A DNA stretch of 42,079 nucleotides from a virus: positions 1 through 42,079 of the IMG/VR virus record IMGVR_UViG_3300031616_000014; one strand, written 5' to 3'. Shown here piece by piece: positions 14,904 through 24,063 of the stretch; the stretch's first letter is position 1; every line of letters starts with the position of its first letter. The notes beneath the pieces are model-generated. The model made no database searches, had not been told where the DNA came from, and was given only the letters and a program-made list of their open reading frames with translations. A program made the position numbers and the translations under genes.

Positions 14904-15541
14904 TTTGTCTCTCCGGTTTTCAAAGCTTTTTTCCACTTCACAAGCCACGCAACGCGATCTTCAATCCCCACCGTTCCGCCGTTCAGCTTCTTGGTTACGC
15001 GAAGAATGTCGTCCACCTTCGCGTAAGGAAGACAGCCGCAATTGATGAAATCCGACACACCGCATTCGAGGAAGTAGCGCGGGTCGATCAGATACTCGGG
15101 GTGGTTGACCACATCTATCTTCGTTGCCTTCGCAACGCGCTCATAGCCTTCGCGTCCAGTGGTCTGTGACGCGCCGCGTCCCCTGAAATTGTAGCCATCA
15201 TCAGACCCAGGACGGTTGCCCATGCGCCCATTGTAGACCTTGTTCGCGAGCGCCCGAGGATTGCCAGAGAACGGCGCAGCGCTTGCCATCGTTGGAAACC
15301 GCGAGGGCCAAACCTGTATGATCCGCTTTGCGGTGTAGTTCATGTTTTCGACGACATCCCGCCCAGCGCCGCATTCGTGGCTGATCTGCGCCATGACGTG
15401 AGCCACCAGCAACGGCGTATCGATCGGGCCGTATTTGGCGAACACGGAAGGCGCCCATGTCGCAACCCCATCGCGCAGTCCGGGGACTTTCTTGTCCCCA
15501 TCCGGCCATAGATTGAAGAGTGCGTTGACGAATGCCATCAC
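14900..15541 (-). CDS. Endolysin, glycoside hydrolase family 19 (chitinase-like) fold
   Basis: AHVMAQISHECGAG...VENMNY...YNGRMGN...YNFRGRGASQTTGREGY matches the GH19 catalytic Glu-Glu region and the GRG.iQlTg motif. Confidence 0.85.
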   Translation of the reverse strand: MMAFVNALFNLWPDGDKKVPGLRDGVATWAPSVFAKYGPIDTPLLVAHVMAQISHECGAGRDVVENMNYTAKRIIQVWPSRFPTMASAAPFSGNPRALANKVYNGRMGNRPGSDDGYNFRGRGASQTTGREGYERVAKATKIDVVNHPEYLIDPRYFLECGVSDFINCGCLPYAKVDDILRVTKKLNGGTVGIEDRVAWLVKWKKALKTGETK

Positions 15542-17154
15542 ATCCTCAACGTGCCGGTGAATTGATATTGCGTATTGCTCCCAACGTATGTGGTGACGTT
15601 GGTGTTATCGCCGGACTCCATCGCCTGCACGAAATGAAATCCGAGCTGCGGGGCAATTGCCCCCTGAATCGTCATGGTAGCGTTGTATTGTCCTGTCGAA
15701 GTCGTGGTGACGCCCGTCCCCTGATAGGTATAGGTGCCGGTGGCATCAAAGCCCATGCCGATATTGCCAAGCGCGCCAGACACAGCAGCCACGCTGAAGC
15801 GCTGGCTGAACACAAAATGTGTGCTGTCTTCCGCGAGGCCGGATACGAATGATATTCTGTTGTTGTTGCTGTTATCCGACGAGCGAGGGGATGAACTGGT
15901 GTAGTTCCAGCTTGCCGCGCTATCAGTGACGGTAGTTACAACCGAGACCCGATTGTAAAGATTCCAGCAGCCAAGGAACGCCGCCGTTCCCCCTGACGCA
16001 GCAGCACCGTAGATCCAATCCATCAGGGATGAACCGTTGCTGCGGGTGGTCCCGACATACGTTCCACGGGAAGCCGCAGGGCCGTTGGTGATGCTGGCGT
16101 TGTTCAGCCAGACACCATTGACCCTGGTCAAGGCCGTGCCAGCCGAACGCAAAACGTCGCTGGTCCAATCGGGACCATGAACCAGTCTCAGCGTTCCTGC
16201 GTCATTCCAGACGAACCAGTCATTGACCTTGCTGGCGCCGATAGCGGCAGGTGAATTCGCCGTGTTGATCGTTGTGACCGAAAGCTCGGTAAAGGTCGTC
16301 GGGACCAGAATAGTACCGTTATAGATCGGGATCTGGTTACCGACATATGGGGTGTAATAGACCGTACCCTGCGCAGCGGTCGTTAAGGACATAACCGGCG
16401 TTGCAGTCGTGAACGTCAGCCGTCCCTGCGGAGTGATGACGAACGTTCCACCCAAAGCCTTCGCAAGATTGGCCGAACCGATGGCCGCCGCGAAGTCGAA
16501 CCCGTTAGCCTTCGCCATCAAGCCGGAGACGAACGAAGAAGCGCCCAGCCGGGACCAAATGACGGCGCCCGCCTCGTTGGTGAAGACAGCCCGATAATCC
16601 GAGGATGTCGGGTCGTTATAGGTCAGGTTGAGCGTGCAGCCTGTACCGGCTCCGGAGGTCGATCCCTGCGCAACCGGGTTGGCCGGCTTGACCGTATAGA
16701 ACCCCGGAAAGGTGACGGTGACAGTTGCGACGGCACTTCCAGAAAGCGTTGCAACCGTAAGAACGGGTTGAAGTATTGCCGTTCCGCCGGTTTCCGTAAT
16801 GGTATCGCCAACCGCATATCCAGAGCCGCCCGCCTGAACGGTTGCCGCTGTGCAACTGAAAATGGTCGTGTTGAGCAGCATTCCCAGCGAATGGGAAACG
16901 AACCCAACGATGCCCGCCGCAGACAAATAGAGGCCGCTTGTCGTGTCGGAGGTAAAGGTAATGCCTGGAGTTGCAAGCGCCCCGGAAATCGCCTTGAATG
17001 CCGCCGTCATGCCGGCCTGGCCGTCTCGGGTCAGAACGTCAGAAAGACCTGACGCAATGTCGGTATAGTTGGCGTTGACCGCGCTACTTAGAATTGTGGT
17101 GTTTGGCACAAACGTATTCAGGATAGAAAAGACCCCACTTCCGTTGAACGGCAC
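15538..17154 (-). CDS. Tail fibre protein
   Basis: GTG start after AGGAGG. The N-terminus FNGSGVFSILNTFVPNTTILSSAVNANYTDIASGLSDVLTRDGQAGMTAAF fits the common tail-fibre N-terminal domain pattern (...dDia.gLs..ltrDG...m). The C-terminus is rich in G, T, S and A. Confidence 0.7.
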   Translation of the reverse strand: MPFNGSGVFSILNTFVPNTTILSSAVNANYTDIASGLSDVLTRDGQAGMTAAFKAISGALATPGITFTSDTTSGLYLSAAGIVGFVSHSLGMLLNTTIFSCTAATVQAGGSGYAVGDTITETGGTAILQPVLTVATLSGSAVATVTVTFPGFYTVKPANPVAQGSTSGAGTGCTLNLTYNDPTSSDYRAVFTNEAGAVIWSRLGASSFVSGLMAKANGFDFAAAIGSANLAKALGGTFVITPQGRLTFTTATPVMSLTTAAQGTVYYTPYVGNQIPIYNGTILVPTTFTELSVTTINTANSPAAIGASKVNDWFVWNDAGTLRLVHGPDWTSDVLRSAGTALTRVNGVWLNNASITNGPAASRGTYVGTTRSNGSSLMDWIYGAAASGGTAAFLGCWNLYNRVSVVTTVTDSAASWNYTSSSPRSSDNSNNNRISFVSGLAEDSTHFVFSQRFSVAAVSGALGNIGMGFDATGTYTYQGTGVTTTSTGQYNATMTIQGAIAPQLGFHFVQAMESGDNTNVTTYVGSNTQYQFTGTLRM

Positions 17155-17163
17155 TAGAGCCTC

Positions 17164-17700
17164 CTACTGTTCTAGAGAGAGCGTCGCTCTCTCACTTGGT
17201 TTCGTGTAATTCAGGCGAGAGGCTTCATGCGGACAGACGCCACCATTGTGGTAGCGACCTGAATTGCAGTTGAAGCAGAGGATGCGGAACGACTTTGGAA
17301 ATCCATTATCGACAAGCCACCGGAATAATGTGCTTCCTGGAGCAACCTCTTTGCGATGCTCGGCTCCATTGTCGTCTGCATGATCGATCGTCAAAAACTT
17401 CGGTTCACTCTCTCCACAGCATGCGCATTCGTGTCCGTAGTGATCGAAAACCACCTTTTTCCACTTTTGATAATGGCGCCGGCGCGTCTCCGCTTGGTAC
17501 TCCGGGTTTTTCCGATATTTTATGCGATCATAAATTTTCAGCCGATCGCTGTTCTTTTCGCGCCAAGCAGATTGATAGCCGTTGCGTTCTGCACTCCAGC
17601 AAGGAATGCAAAACTTCCGGAAATAAAACTTGCCACCCTTCATCTTCTGAAAGCGCGCTAGTTCCTTCTCCTGCTCGCAGGATTTGCAAATGCCAATCAT
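17164..17700 (-). CDS. HNH endonuclease (free-standing, homing-type)
   Basis: CACCGESEPKFLTIDHADDNGAEHR...LCFNCNSGRYHNGGVCPH gives the HNH/zinc-finger signature. RBS GGGAGAA. Visibly lower GC than the flanking structural genes. Confidence 0.8.
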   Translation of the reverse strand: MIGICKSCEQEKELARFQKMKGGKFYFRKFCIPCWSAERNGYQSAWREKNSDRLKIYDRIKYRKNPEYQAETRRRHYQKWKKVVFDHYGHECACCGESEPKFLTIDHADDNGAEHRKEVAPGSTLFRWLVDNGFPKSFRILCFNCNSGRYHNGGVCPHEASRLNYTKPSERATLSLEQ

Positions 17701-17806
17701 AGGTTTTCTCCCATGAATGACTTTCTAACTGGTGCCGCGCTTGCTCTCACGCTTGGCTTCGGTGCCAGCGTATTTATCCACTCTCTTGCGTGGCTGTGGG
17801 AATGGC

Positions 17807-19843
17807 TCACTGAGAAACCCCTCCCGCCATCAGGGCGCGAATTAGTGCTGCCGCCTGCTGGCCCATTGGTGCGGCCTCATTCTTCGCCTTCTTCGCGTTG
17901 TAGTTCAGAAGCTGCTGAACGACGGGATTGACCTTCTCGCCCTTGGCTGTAAGCAGCCGCGCGATATCCTGCCGGGTGTTTGAAAACCCGTGCTCCAGCG
18001 CATAATTGACGGCAGCGCCGGGAGCGGCGCCGATAAGACCGGTTGCAGTCACCCCGAGATTTACCTTCGGAGCTGTCGTGTCATTCATCCCGGCGGTTCG
18101 GGTGGCCGTTCGCGTGCCCTCGATCTTGTTCTTCATCCGCTGGAATTGATCGGCGGCCGATATTTCGTTCTGAATTTCCCGGTTGGCCTGCGGCCCCAGA
18201 AGATGCTCCAGCTTTGCGCTGCTGTTGGGCGCCCCGATCAACGATCGCAGCTTGCGGCCTTCATCGCCTGGAGATCCAACCCTGTGCTCGATCTCGCGAC
18301 GAACGCCAATCTCAACCATTTTGCGTTCGGCAAGGCTCAAGCCGTCAAGATGTTCGGCGAGCTGTTCGGGCAGCATCTTGTTGTTGAATATCGATCGGCC
18401 GAGGTCTAGCGCCTCTTCCATCTGCGGCTTGGTTGCGGCAAGCTTTCGCGCTTGCGCATATTCGCCGCCTGTCACGTTGTCCAGATGACGGATCAGATCG
18501 CGTCGCGCTTGCATGACGGCAGACATGGTGGACTGTGCAGCAGCGCTTTCGTCGGCACCCTTCATCATGCCGTTGATGCGCTGATCGAGGCTCTTTTTGA
18601 CGAAATCCCAATAGCGGATTGATGGCTGCGCAGCGTGCTCGATATCGTCGGCAATATGATACCCCGGACCGCTGATGATGGTTCGGGTTTCGGGTGCGCT
18701 CAATTCCTCGCCCATGTCCTTGGCGATCGTCTTGGCGTTCTTTGCGGCTTGCTGGATGGCCGGGCGCTGGGCCAATTCCTGCATGCGCGCATCGTTGACG
18801 ACGGGATATTTCTCCTCCAGTGCCTTGTAAAGCGGGCCGACGTTCTTGCGGCTCCATTCCTCGATGCCGTTCTGTAGCTTTACAACATCATGGCTTTCGC
18901 CCAAGTGCTTATCGAGCACAGCGTTCAACTGCGGCGCGATGCCTTCAGCGCGTCCAGCCACCGGCTTGTAGACCGTGTTCTGAGCCTTGCCGGAATGCTG
19001 CGCCATAAAGTCAGCGCGGCTTTCCAACTGGTGTCCTAGATCCATGAGCATGGCATTCGGGCCAAGCTCTTTCGTTCTTGCTGCCGCCTGGGGCGCCGTC
19101 AGCTCTTCATCGGCGATGTTCTTGGCGACGCGATCGACAGCAGCGCCCTTGATGCGCCCCCCGCCCAACACGCCCCCCAACTCCTCACCAGCGGTCGCAG
19201 CGGCGACGGTATTGCGCGCACCTTGAACAGCCTTCGAACCCACGCCGGCACCGACACCTCCCAGCAAGCCGCCAGCAAATCGCGCGTAGGGCTCCAGCGT
19301 CCCCGTGAAGTAATCGCCGAGCGCCTGCGACCCGAGGCCAGCACCAACGCCCTGTGCGATCTTGGTAGGAAGGCCACCCGGTCCAATCAAAGCGCCTGTG
19401 ACGTTTTCCGAAACCGACTTAGCGTACTTTCCCTCGGTTGTTTTTGGTTCATAGAATTTGCCGGTGTAGCCCTCGACTGCTTTCTGAATGGTGTCGGAAT
19501 CCGGCGCATCCCGCAAAACCATGCCGCCAGGCAACATCGGGGCCAGTTTCGAGACAGCGCCCTTAAACGTCTGGACCTTCTCAGGTGACGCGCCGATAGC
19601 GTCCCCAACGTAATCAGTTGCGGCAGAGGCCAGTCCCCGCGCACCGCCAGCGGCGCCAGCCGCGCCAATGGCTGCACTGGGAACGCCAATAGCGGTACTC
19701 TTGGCCACATCCGTCAACTTATTGACCTTCGCTCCACCGTTTTCCGCGTGCCATTGCTGAGCGCCAGCCATCGCCCCCGCTTCGTCTGCGGCTTCGATAT
19801 CCAGTTTAGTTCCGGTTGGCGTTTCGATGGTGAATACCGGCAT
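17807..19843 (-). CDS. Internal virion / ejection protein (678 aa)
   Basis: Large, Gly/Ala-rich N-terminal part and a helical remainder. Its position between the nozzle-like genes and the tail fibre matches podovirus internal-core proteins. Confidence 0.5.
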   Translation of the reverse strand: MPVFTIETPTGTKLDIEAADEAGAMAGAQQWHAENGGAKVNKLTDVAKSTAIGVPSAAIGAAGAAGGARGLASAATDYVGDAIGASPEKVQTFKGAVSKLAPMLPGGMVLRDAPDSDTIQKAVEGYTGKFYEPKTTEGKYAKSVSENVTGALIGPGGLPTKIAQGVGAGLGSQALGDYFTGTLEPYARFAGGLLGGVGAGVGSKAVQGARNTVAAATAGEELGGVLGGGRIKGAAVDRVAKNIADEELTAPQAAARTKELGPNAMLMDLGHQLESRADFMAQHSGKAQNTVYKPVAGRAEGIAPQLNAVLDKHLGESHDVVKLQNGIEEWSRKNVGPLYKALEEKYPVVNDARMQELAQRPAIQQAAKNAKTIAKDMGEELSAPETRTIISGPGYHIADDIEHAAQPSIRYWDFVKKSLDQRINGMMKGADESAAAQSTMSAVMQARRDLIRHLDNVTGGEYAQARKLAATKPQMEEALDLGRSIFNNKMLPEQLAEHLDGLSLAERKMVEIGVRREIEHRVGSPGDEGRKLRSLIGAPNSSAKLEHLLGPQANREIQNEISAADQFQRMKNKIEGTRTATRTAGMNDTTAPKVNLGVTATGLIGAAPGAAVNYALEHGFSNTRQDIARLLTAKGEKVNPVVQQLLNYNAKKAKNEAAPMGQQAAALIRALMAGGVSQ

Positions 19844-21174
19844 CAGTGCACCTTCAGAACCTTGAAGCCGCCCGTTGCCGTTCCCGTCCCGTCACCTCGT
19901 TGTTTGACCGCCTCTACATCCATTTCAATCGGATTGCCGGTCAGCGGATTGATGACCGGATGATCCCTGAAGAAATTAGACTTCAGTTCTGAATATCGGC
20001 TGTAGTTGGCCGGATCGCGTAGAAGCTTGCCCAGCTCTTGCTGCTTCAGTGCGGCCTGCTGGATCATGTCAGCCATTGCCAGCGCGCCCTCTTTCGAGGT
20101 CGTCAAGCCGGGAACGCCCTGCATAGCCTTGGCGAAGGTCTCGGAGTTGCTGCCGCCCTGCAATGAACTGGCAAGCGTACCGGCAAGACCGATACCAACC
20201 TTGTTGATCGAGTCCGCAGCGGCGATCGCGTTGAGCTGATCCTTCATCACGCCCGGCGCATAGTTTGCTGCCGCCCGCTTCATTTCGAGCGACCAAGGCG
20301 ATGTCGGGCCGAACGTGATCTTGTCCCCGTACCGCTGAATATTGTCCTTGATGACGCCAATTCCCTTGAGGACGTTCGGAGCATCGTTCGCCGCAGCAAT
20401 ATCGGTTTTGATCACATCGCTATTAGCCTTCGCGCCGCCTTGGCTGAGTTCTCGCGCAGCCGCAAGTTCGCGGCCTTTAGCTGCAAGTGCGTCGATCGTG
20501 AGTGGCATTGCAGGGGCCGGCGCAGGCGGGAGACCCGCGCCAGGCCCCTGCCCCCCACCGGTGCCGCCAGGTAGGGGATTCTCACGCCGCCAGGCTTCTG
20601 TGGCCTCCGGATACATCCGAGTGACGCCGGGAGGCGTGGGAGGCGCAGGAAGTGGTGCGCGCAACGGAGGCGCAGGCTGCGGGACTGCCGAAATACTCGC
20701 ATCCGGCGTGGATAGGCCGGGCCGGATACCGGGCTGAAAGCCGGTATCCACCGGCGCACTTCGGACACCAGCCACAGGGCTCGCATATCCGGGACGGCCA
20801 GCAGCATCCTCAACCGGCTTCGGCCGGATCAGGCCGTCAATCATCAAATTGCGCTGTTCAGGCGAAGCCATCGGATTGGCCGACATGCGCGCGACATTGG
20901 CCGCGTCGGGCTGCTGGCCTCGCTGCAACTGCTGAATAAGCGCCGTCATGTTCGAGGCATTGCCCTCGGCCGCTTGCGACTGGATTTCGTTGGCGCGGTT
21001 GCGCTCAAGGCCACCCGTCACAGCGAGAAGCGCATTCGCAAGCGCGCCAGTCGGACGCGAGACATCCTGCCCCGACCGTTTCATCAGTTCAGCGGCATAG
21101 GCCCGCTGCGTCGCCAACTGTTCAGGAGTGGCGTATGCGGGATTGACGAAGTTGGGGGAGAATTCAGCCATCAA
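19843..21174 (-). CDS. Internal virion / ejection protein (443 aa) with a Pro-rich linker
   Basis: Tightly coupled to its neighbours. Low-complexity PQPAPPLRAPLPAPPTPPG...LPPAPAPAMP in the middle. Confidence 0.45.
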   Translation of the reverse strand: MMAEFSPNFVNPAYATPEQLATQRAYAAELMKRSGQDVSRPTGALANALLAVTGGLERNRANEIQSQAAEGNASNMTALIQQLQRGQQPDAANVARMSANPMASPEQRNLMIDGLIRPKPVEDAAGRPGYASPVAGVRSAPVDTGFQPGIRPGLSTPDASISAVPQPAPPLRAPLPAPPTPPGVTRMYPEATEAWRRENPLPGGTGGGQGPGAGLPPAPAPAMPLTIDALAAKGRELAAARELSQGGAKANSDVIKTDIAAANDAPNVLKGIGVIKDNIQRYGDKITFGPTSPWSLEMKRAAANYAPGVMKDQLNAIAAADSINKVGIGLAGTLASSLQGGSNSETFAKAMQGVPGLTTSKEGALAMADMIQQAALKQQELGKLLRDPANYSRYSELKSNFFRDHPVINPLTGNPIEMDVEAVKQRGDGTGTATGGFKVLKVH

Positions 21175-22040
21175 GTGAACGCAGGCCAGGCCTGCCCTCC
21201 ATAATTCATGGTTGAAGCCGTTCCGCCTCCGCCGAACCCTGAGAACATGCTGCCGAGCCCACCAGCCAGAGACGTTCCACCCGTCATCGGCGCCATGGCG
21301 AGGCCAACACCAGCGCCTGCGAGCTTGCCAATGTTGTTCCAGGTGTCGTTGTAGGACTTCATCTCATTCTCGTAATTCGACTGCACCGCGCCCGAGTAGT
21401 TCGGCGGCTGGATGGTCGCTTGAGGTGGCGATTGATATGTGCCTGCGGTCGGAGCAGATGCGCCGAACAGGCTGCCAGCCGTCTGCAACGGCGCCTGATA
21501 CTCCTGCAGCGCCTGCCCGAACGCCTGCCCCTGATTTTTCGTCAGGTAGTTGGTGGTGATATCGCCCTGATTTCTGGCCTGAAGATTTTTTGCGTTGTTA
21601 TACGCCTCCGTTCCAGGCTGAAGGCCCTGATTGCGAAGCTTGGCCTCCAAAACCGAATCCTGCTGATTGAAGATTGGCTTGAGATACTGCGCATTCCAAT
21701 CGTTCAGCTTGGAAGCAACGGCGCCTGATGCGGAATTAAAGTCCGGCGCCTGCGAGTACATGCTCTGGGTATTGCGCAAGAGATCCTGCGCAGTCTGCCC
21801 AGCGATTTGCTGCGTACCAGTCCGGGTATCCAGAAGCCCCTGCTGACCCTGATTGAGCGACTGCACAATCCGATAGCCGGACGGGCTCGATGAATCAGGA
21901 ACGTAGTTTACGCTGCTAAACGGGTTGGACTGGTCATAGGAGTTGTTTCTGTTCTGAGATTGCGCCGCTTGCAGGTTGAACCCGGCTTGCGCATTGCTTG
22001 TTGCAGTCGGATCGGGTGCATCTGGCTTATTGAAACTCAT
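21171..22040 (-). CDS. Internal virion protein (289 aa), Q/N/G-rich
   Basis: Q/N-rich with a Gly-rich hydrophobic C-terminus (LAGAGVGLAMAPMTGGTSLAGGLGSMFSGFGGGG). ATGA coupling at both ends. Confidence 0.45.
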   Translation of the reverse strand: MSFNKPDAPDPTATSNAQAGFNLQAAQSQNRNNSYDQSNPFSSVNYVPDSSSPSGYRIVQSLNQGQQGLLDTRTGTQQIAGQTAQDLLRNTQSMYSQAPDFNSASGAVASKLNDWNAQYLKPIFNQQDSVLEAKLRNQGLQPGTEAYNNAKNLQARNQGDITTNYLTKNQGQAFGQALQEYQAPLQTAGSLFGASAPTAGTYQSPPQATIQPPNYSGAVQSNYENEMKSYNDTWNNIGKLAGAGVGLAMAPMTGGTSLAGGLGSMFSGFGGGGTASTMNYGGQAWPAFT

Positions 22041-22453
22041 TGCATGGTTCTCCCCGCCAGATGCGCAAGCTTCTCGCCAAACAGCCCGTACATCACCGCG
22101 TCCTCATTCCCGAACCCGTGATGGCGAACGCCCTCAAAGACGAAGCCGAGCTTGTGGATGCTCTTTTTGAGGATCTTGTTTGATTTCTGGGTGCGCACCG
22201 TGATCCGGCTGACCCCGAAATGATCCACCGCTATCTTGGCAAGCTGCTTGACGATATCGAGCGTCAGCGTGTTCGGGCCGTAGTAGGACAGCTCAATATC
22301 CGGCCCGTTGTGAGCCTGGAAGAAGCAGGCACCGATCAGCCGGTTGTCCTCGGCAATGCCACAGGCAAGGTCCACCTTCGTGCACAGCACGCCGAACGCC
22401 TGATAGGTCCAGTCGATAACCAGTTGATCGTTGCCTGTGACGAGGACTTTCAT
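22037..22453 (-). CDS. GNAT-fold acetyltransferase-like protein
   Basis: C-terminal ITVRTQKSNKILKKSIHKLGFVFEGV resembles the GNAT beta4-alpha3...GF.eG region. The canonical Q/RxxGxG/A loop is not evident. Confidence 0.45.
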   Translation of the reverse strand: MKVLVTGNDQLVIDWTYQAFGVLCTKVDLACGIAEDNRLIGACFFQAHNGPDIELSYYGPNTLTLDIVKQLAKIAVDHFGVSRITVRTQKSNKILKKSIHKLGFVFEGVRHHGFGNEDAVMYGLFGEKLAHLAGRTMQ

Positions 22454-24063
22454 CAGAAGAATGCCTTTGCTGGTTCGGCGATGAGATCCCAGCCGTTCAA
22501 CTGCAACAGAACCCCTCCCGTGGTTCCGTTATCCGAGGTCACGACTTGCGTGATGATCGAGGCGCACTGCCCGATGCCCTCAACCGTCGTCCAGTTGGCG
22601 ACCGTTGCCGAGTTCGGTGGCCAGATCGCCTGATCCCACAAGGCGACATCCCACTGCGCGCCGCCTGTGTTGATGGTCGATGGAATGGAGATCGGAGCGC
22701 CTGAGCCGAAATCGATGTTCAAACCGATGCCGGGCGTGACCGTGCCGTCTGTGGTCAGGATCGGCCGCGCCATGGTCCAGCGCTTCAGATGCCCACGGCT
22801 CTCGAAATAGTTGAACGCGGTTTGAACCGTTGCCGTGATGGGCAAATCGGTGACATCGACATAATCTCCCGAACCGATATCGAATTGATAGAGGTTACCG
22901 TCTTCCGCCCCGAAATACGGCACATCGTTGAGAATATCCCAGCAGTTCGCGTTGAGGCCCGTGAACTGGCACCACGCGCCGGTCAGCGTGTTCATGACGT
23001 ACTGAACGACGGTCTGTCCCTCAACCTGCGGAATGTTGAGGATGACGAGTTGCCCCTTAGCATACTCCATCAATTGCCAACCAAAATTGGCCTTGTAGAG
23101 CCGGGCAGAGTTCATCATGGCATTCTGGATCATGGTCGTGGGCGCGACCTTGGCCACTGCCGCACGGTCCAGCGTCATCATCTCGGACATCGGAGTGATA
23201 CCATCCACACTGATAATCCAGAGATTGCCTGCAATGCGGAGGAAGCAGCGGCGGCCGATCGGAGCGCCGAGATCGTAGATGCCTACGAGTGCAAACGTGT
23301 CCGCCGTCGTCGGGTCAGTGCCGGCGTAAATGATGACTTGCCCGCGCGAGGTGATGAAGCAGATATATTCATCGACGTTCTGCTTGTCGTCCTGCGTCCA
23401 TGTCGCAATCGCCTGAATGAAGCCGCCTCGGCCCATGTTCTGACCGAGATCGAACAGCGTCACGTCCCCCGAGATCGCGCTGTTGGCGAGATAACCGACT
23501 TTGGTTGAGTTGACGAACACACACCAGATGCGGCCCTTCCAGACCGTCCAGCTTACAATGTCGTTGGCGGAGTATCCCGAGCCGGTCAGGGTCATCGCCG
23601 CCCATGTCGATCCGTCATAGATGAACGGAGGATCGACGCCATTGGCGCAGGGCATGAAGGCATTTGAGGCCGCATTGGTGAAGTTCACCGACTGCACCCG
23701 CGAATTCGAAAGCCCTGTCTTGGTGGTGATCGCAGCTACCCCGCTTGCGGTCACGTCATAGACATCGCCGCCCCCAACCGCGAACATCTTGGAATTCGCA
23801 ACGTTCGGCGAATTGTAAACCAGGATGCTTTCAACATGGGTCGAGCTTGTTCCGATACCGGTTGCCCAGACCTGAGATCCTCTCCGAACCTCCAGATAAC
23901 CGGGCCGTGGGATGAAATTGTCCAACTGCACCGCATGATCGGGCGGCATGTCGGCAAGCGAGGAGATTTGATCCCAGCCCTTGATGGAAGCGGGAATAGA
24001 CATCGGGAACGATTTTCCCGTGCCCTTCATGAAATCGTTTTTCATACTCAGGGAATTGCGCAT
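22453..24063 (-). CDS. Tail nozzle / tail tubular protein B-like structural protein (536 aa)
   Basis: Size, position and N-terminal pattern (AVQLDNFIPRPGYLEVRRG, beta-propeller-like repeats) resemble podovirus nozzle proteins. One-nt TAATG coupling. Confidence 0.45.
   Translation of the reverse strand: MRNSLSMKNDFMKGTGKSFPMSIPASIKGWDQISSLADMPPDHAVQLDNFIPRPGYLEVRRGSQVWATGIGTSSTHVESILVYNSPNVANSKMFAVGGGDVYDVTASGVAAITTKTGLSNSRVQSVNFTNAASNAFMPCANGVDPPFIYDGSTWAAMTLTGSGYSANDIVSWTVWKGRIWCVFVNSTKVGYLANSAISGDVTLFDLGQNMGRGGFIQAIATWTQDDKQNVDEYICFITSRGQVIIYAGTDPTTADTFALVGIYDLGAPIGRRCFLRIAGNLWIISVDGITPMSEMMTLDRAAVAKVAPTTMIQNAMMNSARLYKANFGWQLMEYAKGQLVILNIPQVEGQTVVQYVMNTLTGAWCQFTGLNANCWDILNDVPYFGAEDGNLYQFDIGSGDYVDVTDLPITATVQTAFNYFESRGHLKRWTMARPILTTDGTVTPGIGLNIDFGSGAPISIPSTINTGGAQWDVALWDQAIWPPNSATVANWTTVEGIGQCASIITQVVTSDNGTTGGVLLQLNGWDLIAEPAKAFF

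Noticed and set aside
6529-17154. Diversity-generating retroelement targeting the fibre or beta-helix genes.
   Set aside because: No reverse transcriptase ORF exists anywhere in the window. I found no template/variable repeat pair near the C-termini of these genes.
17713-17931. 72-aa plus-strand ORF with a hydrophobic N-terminus between the HNH and internal-protein genes.
   Set aside because: It has no RBS; the upstream sequence is the reverse complement of the HNH gene's RBS. Two thirds of it overlap the 3' end of the 678-aa gene on the opposite strand.
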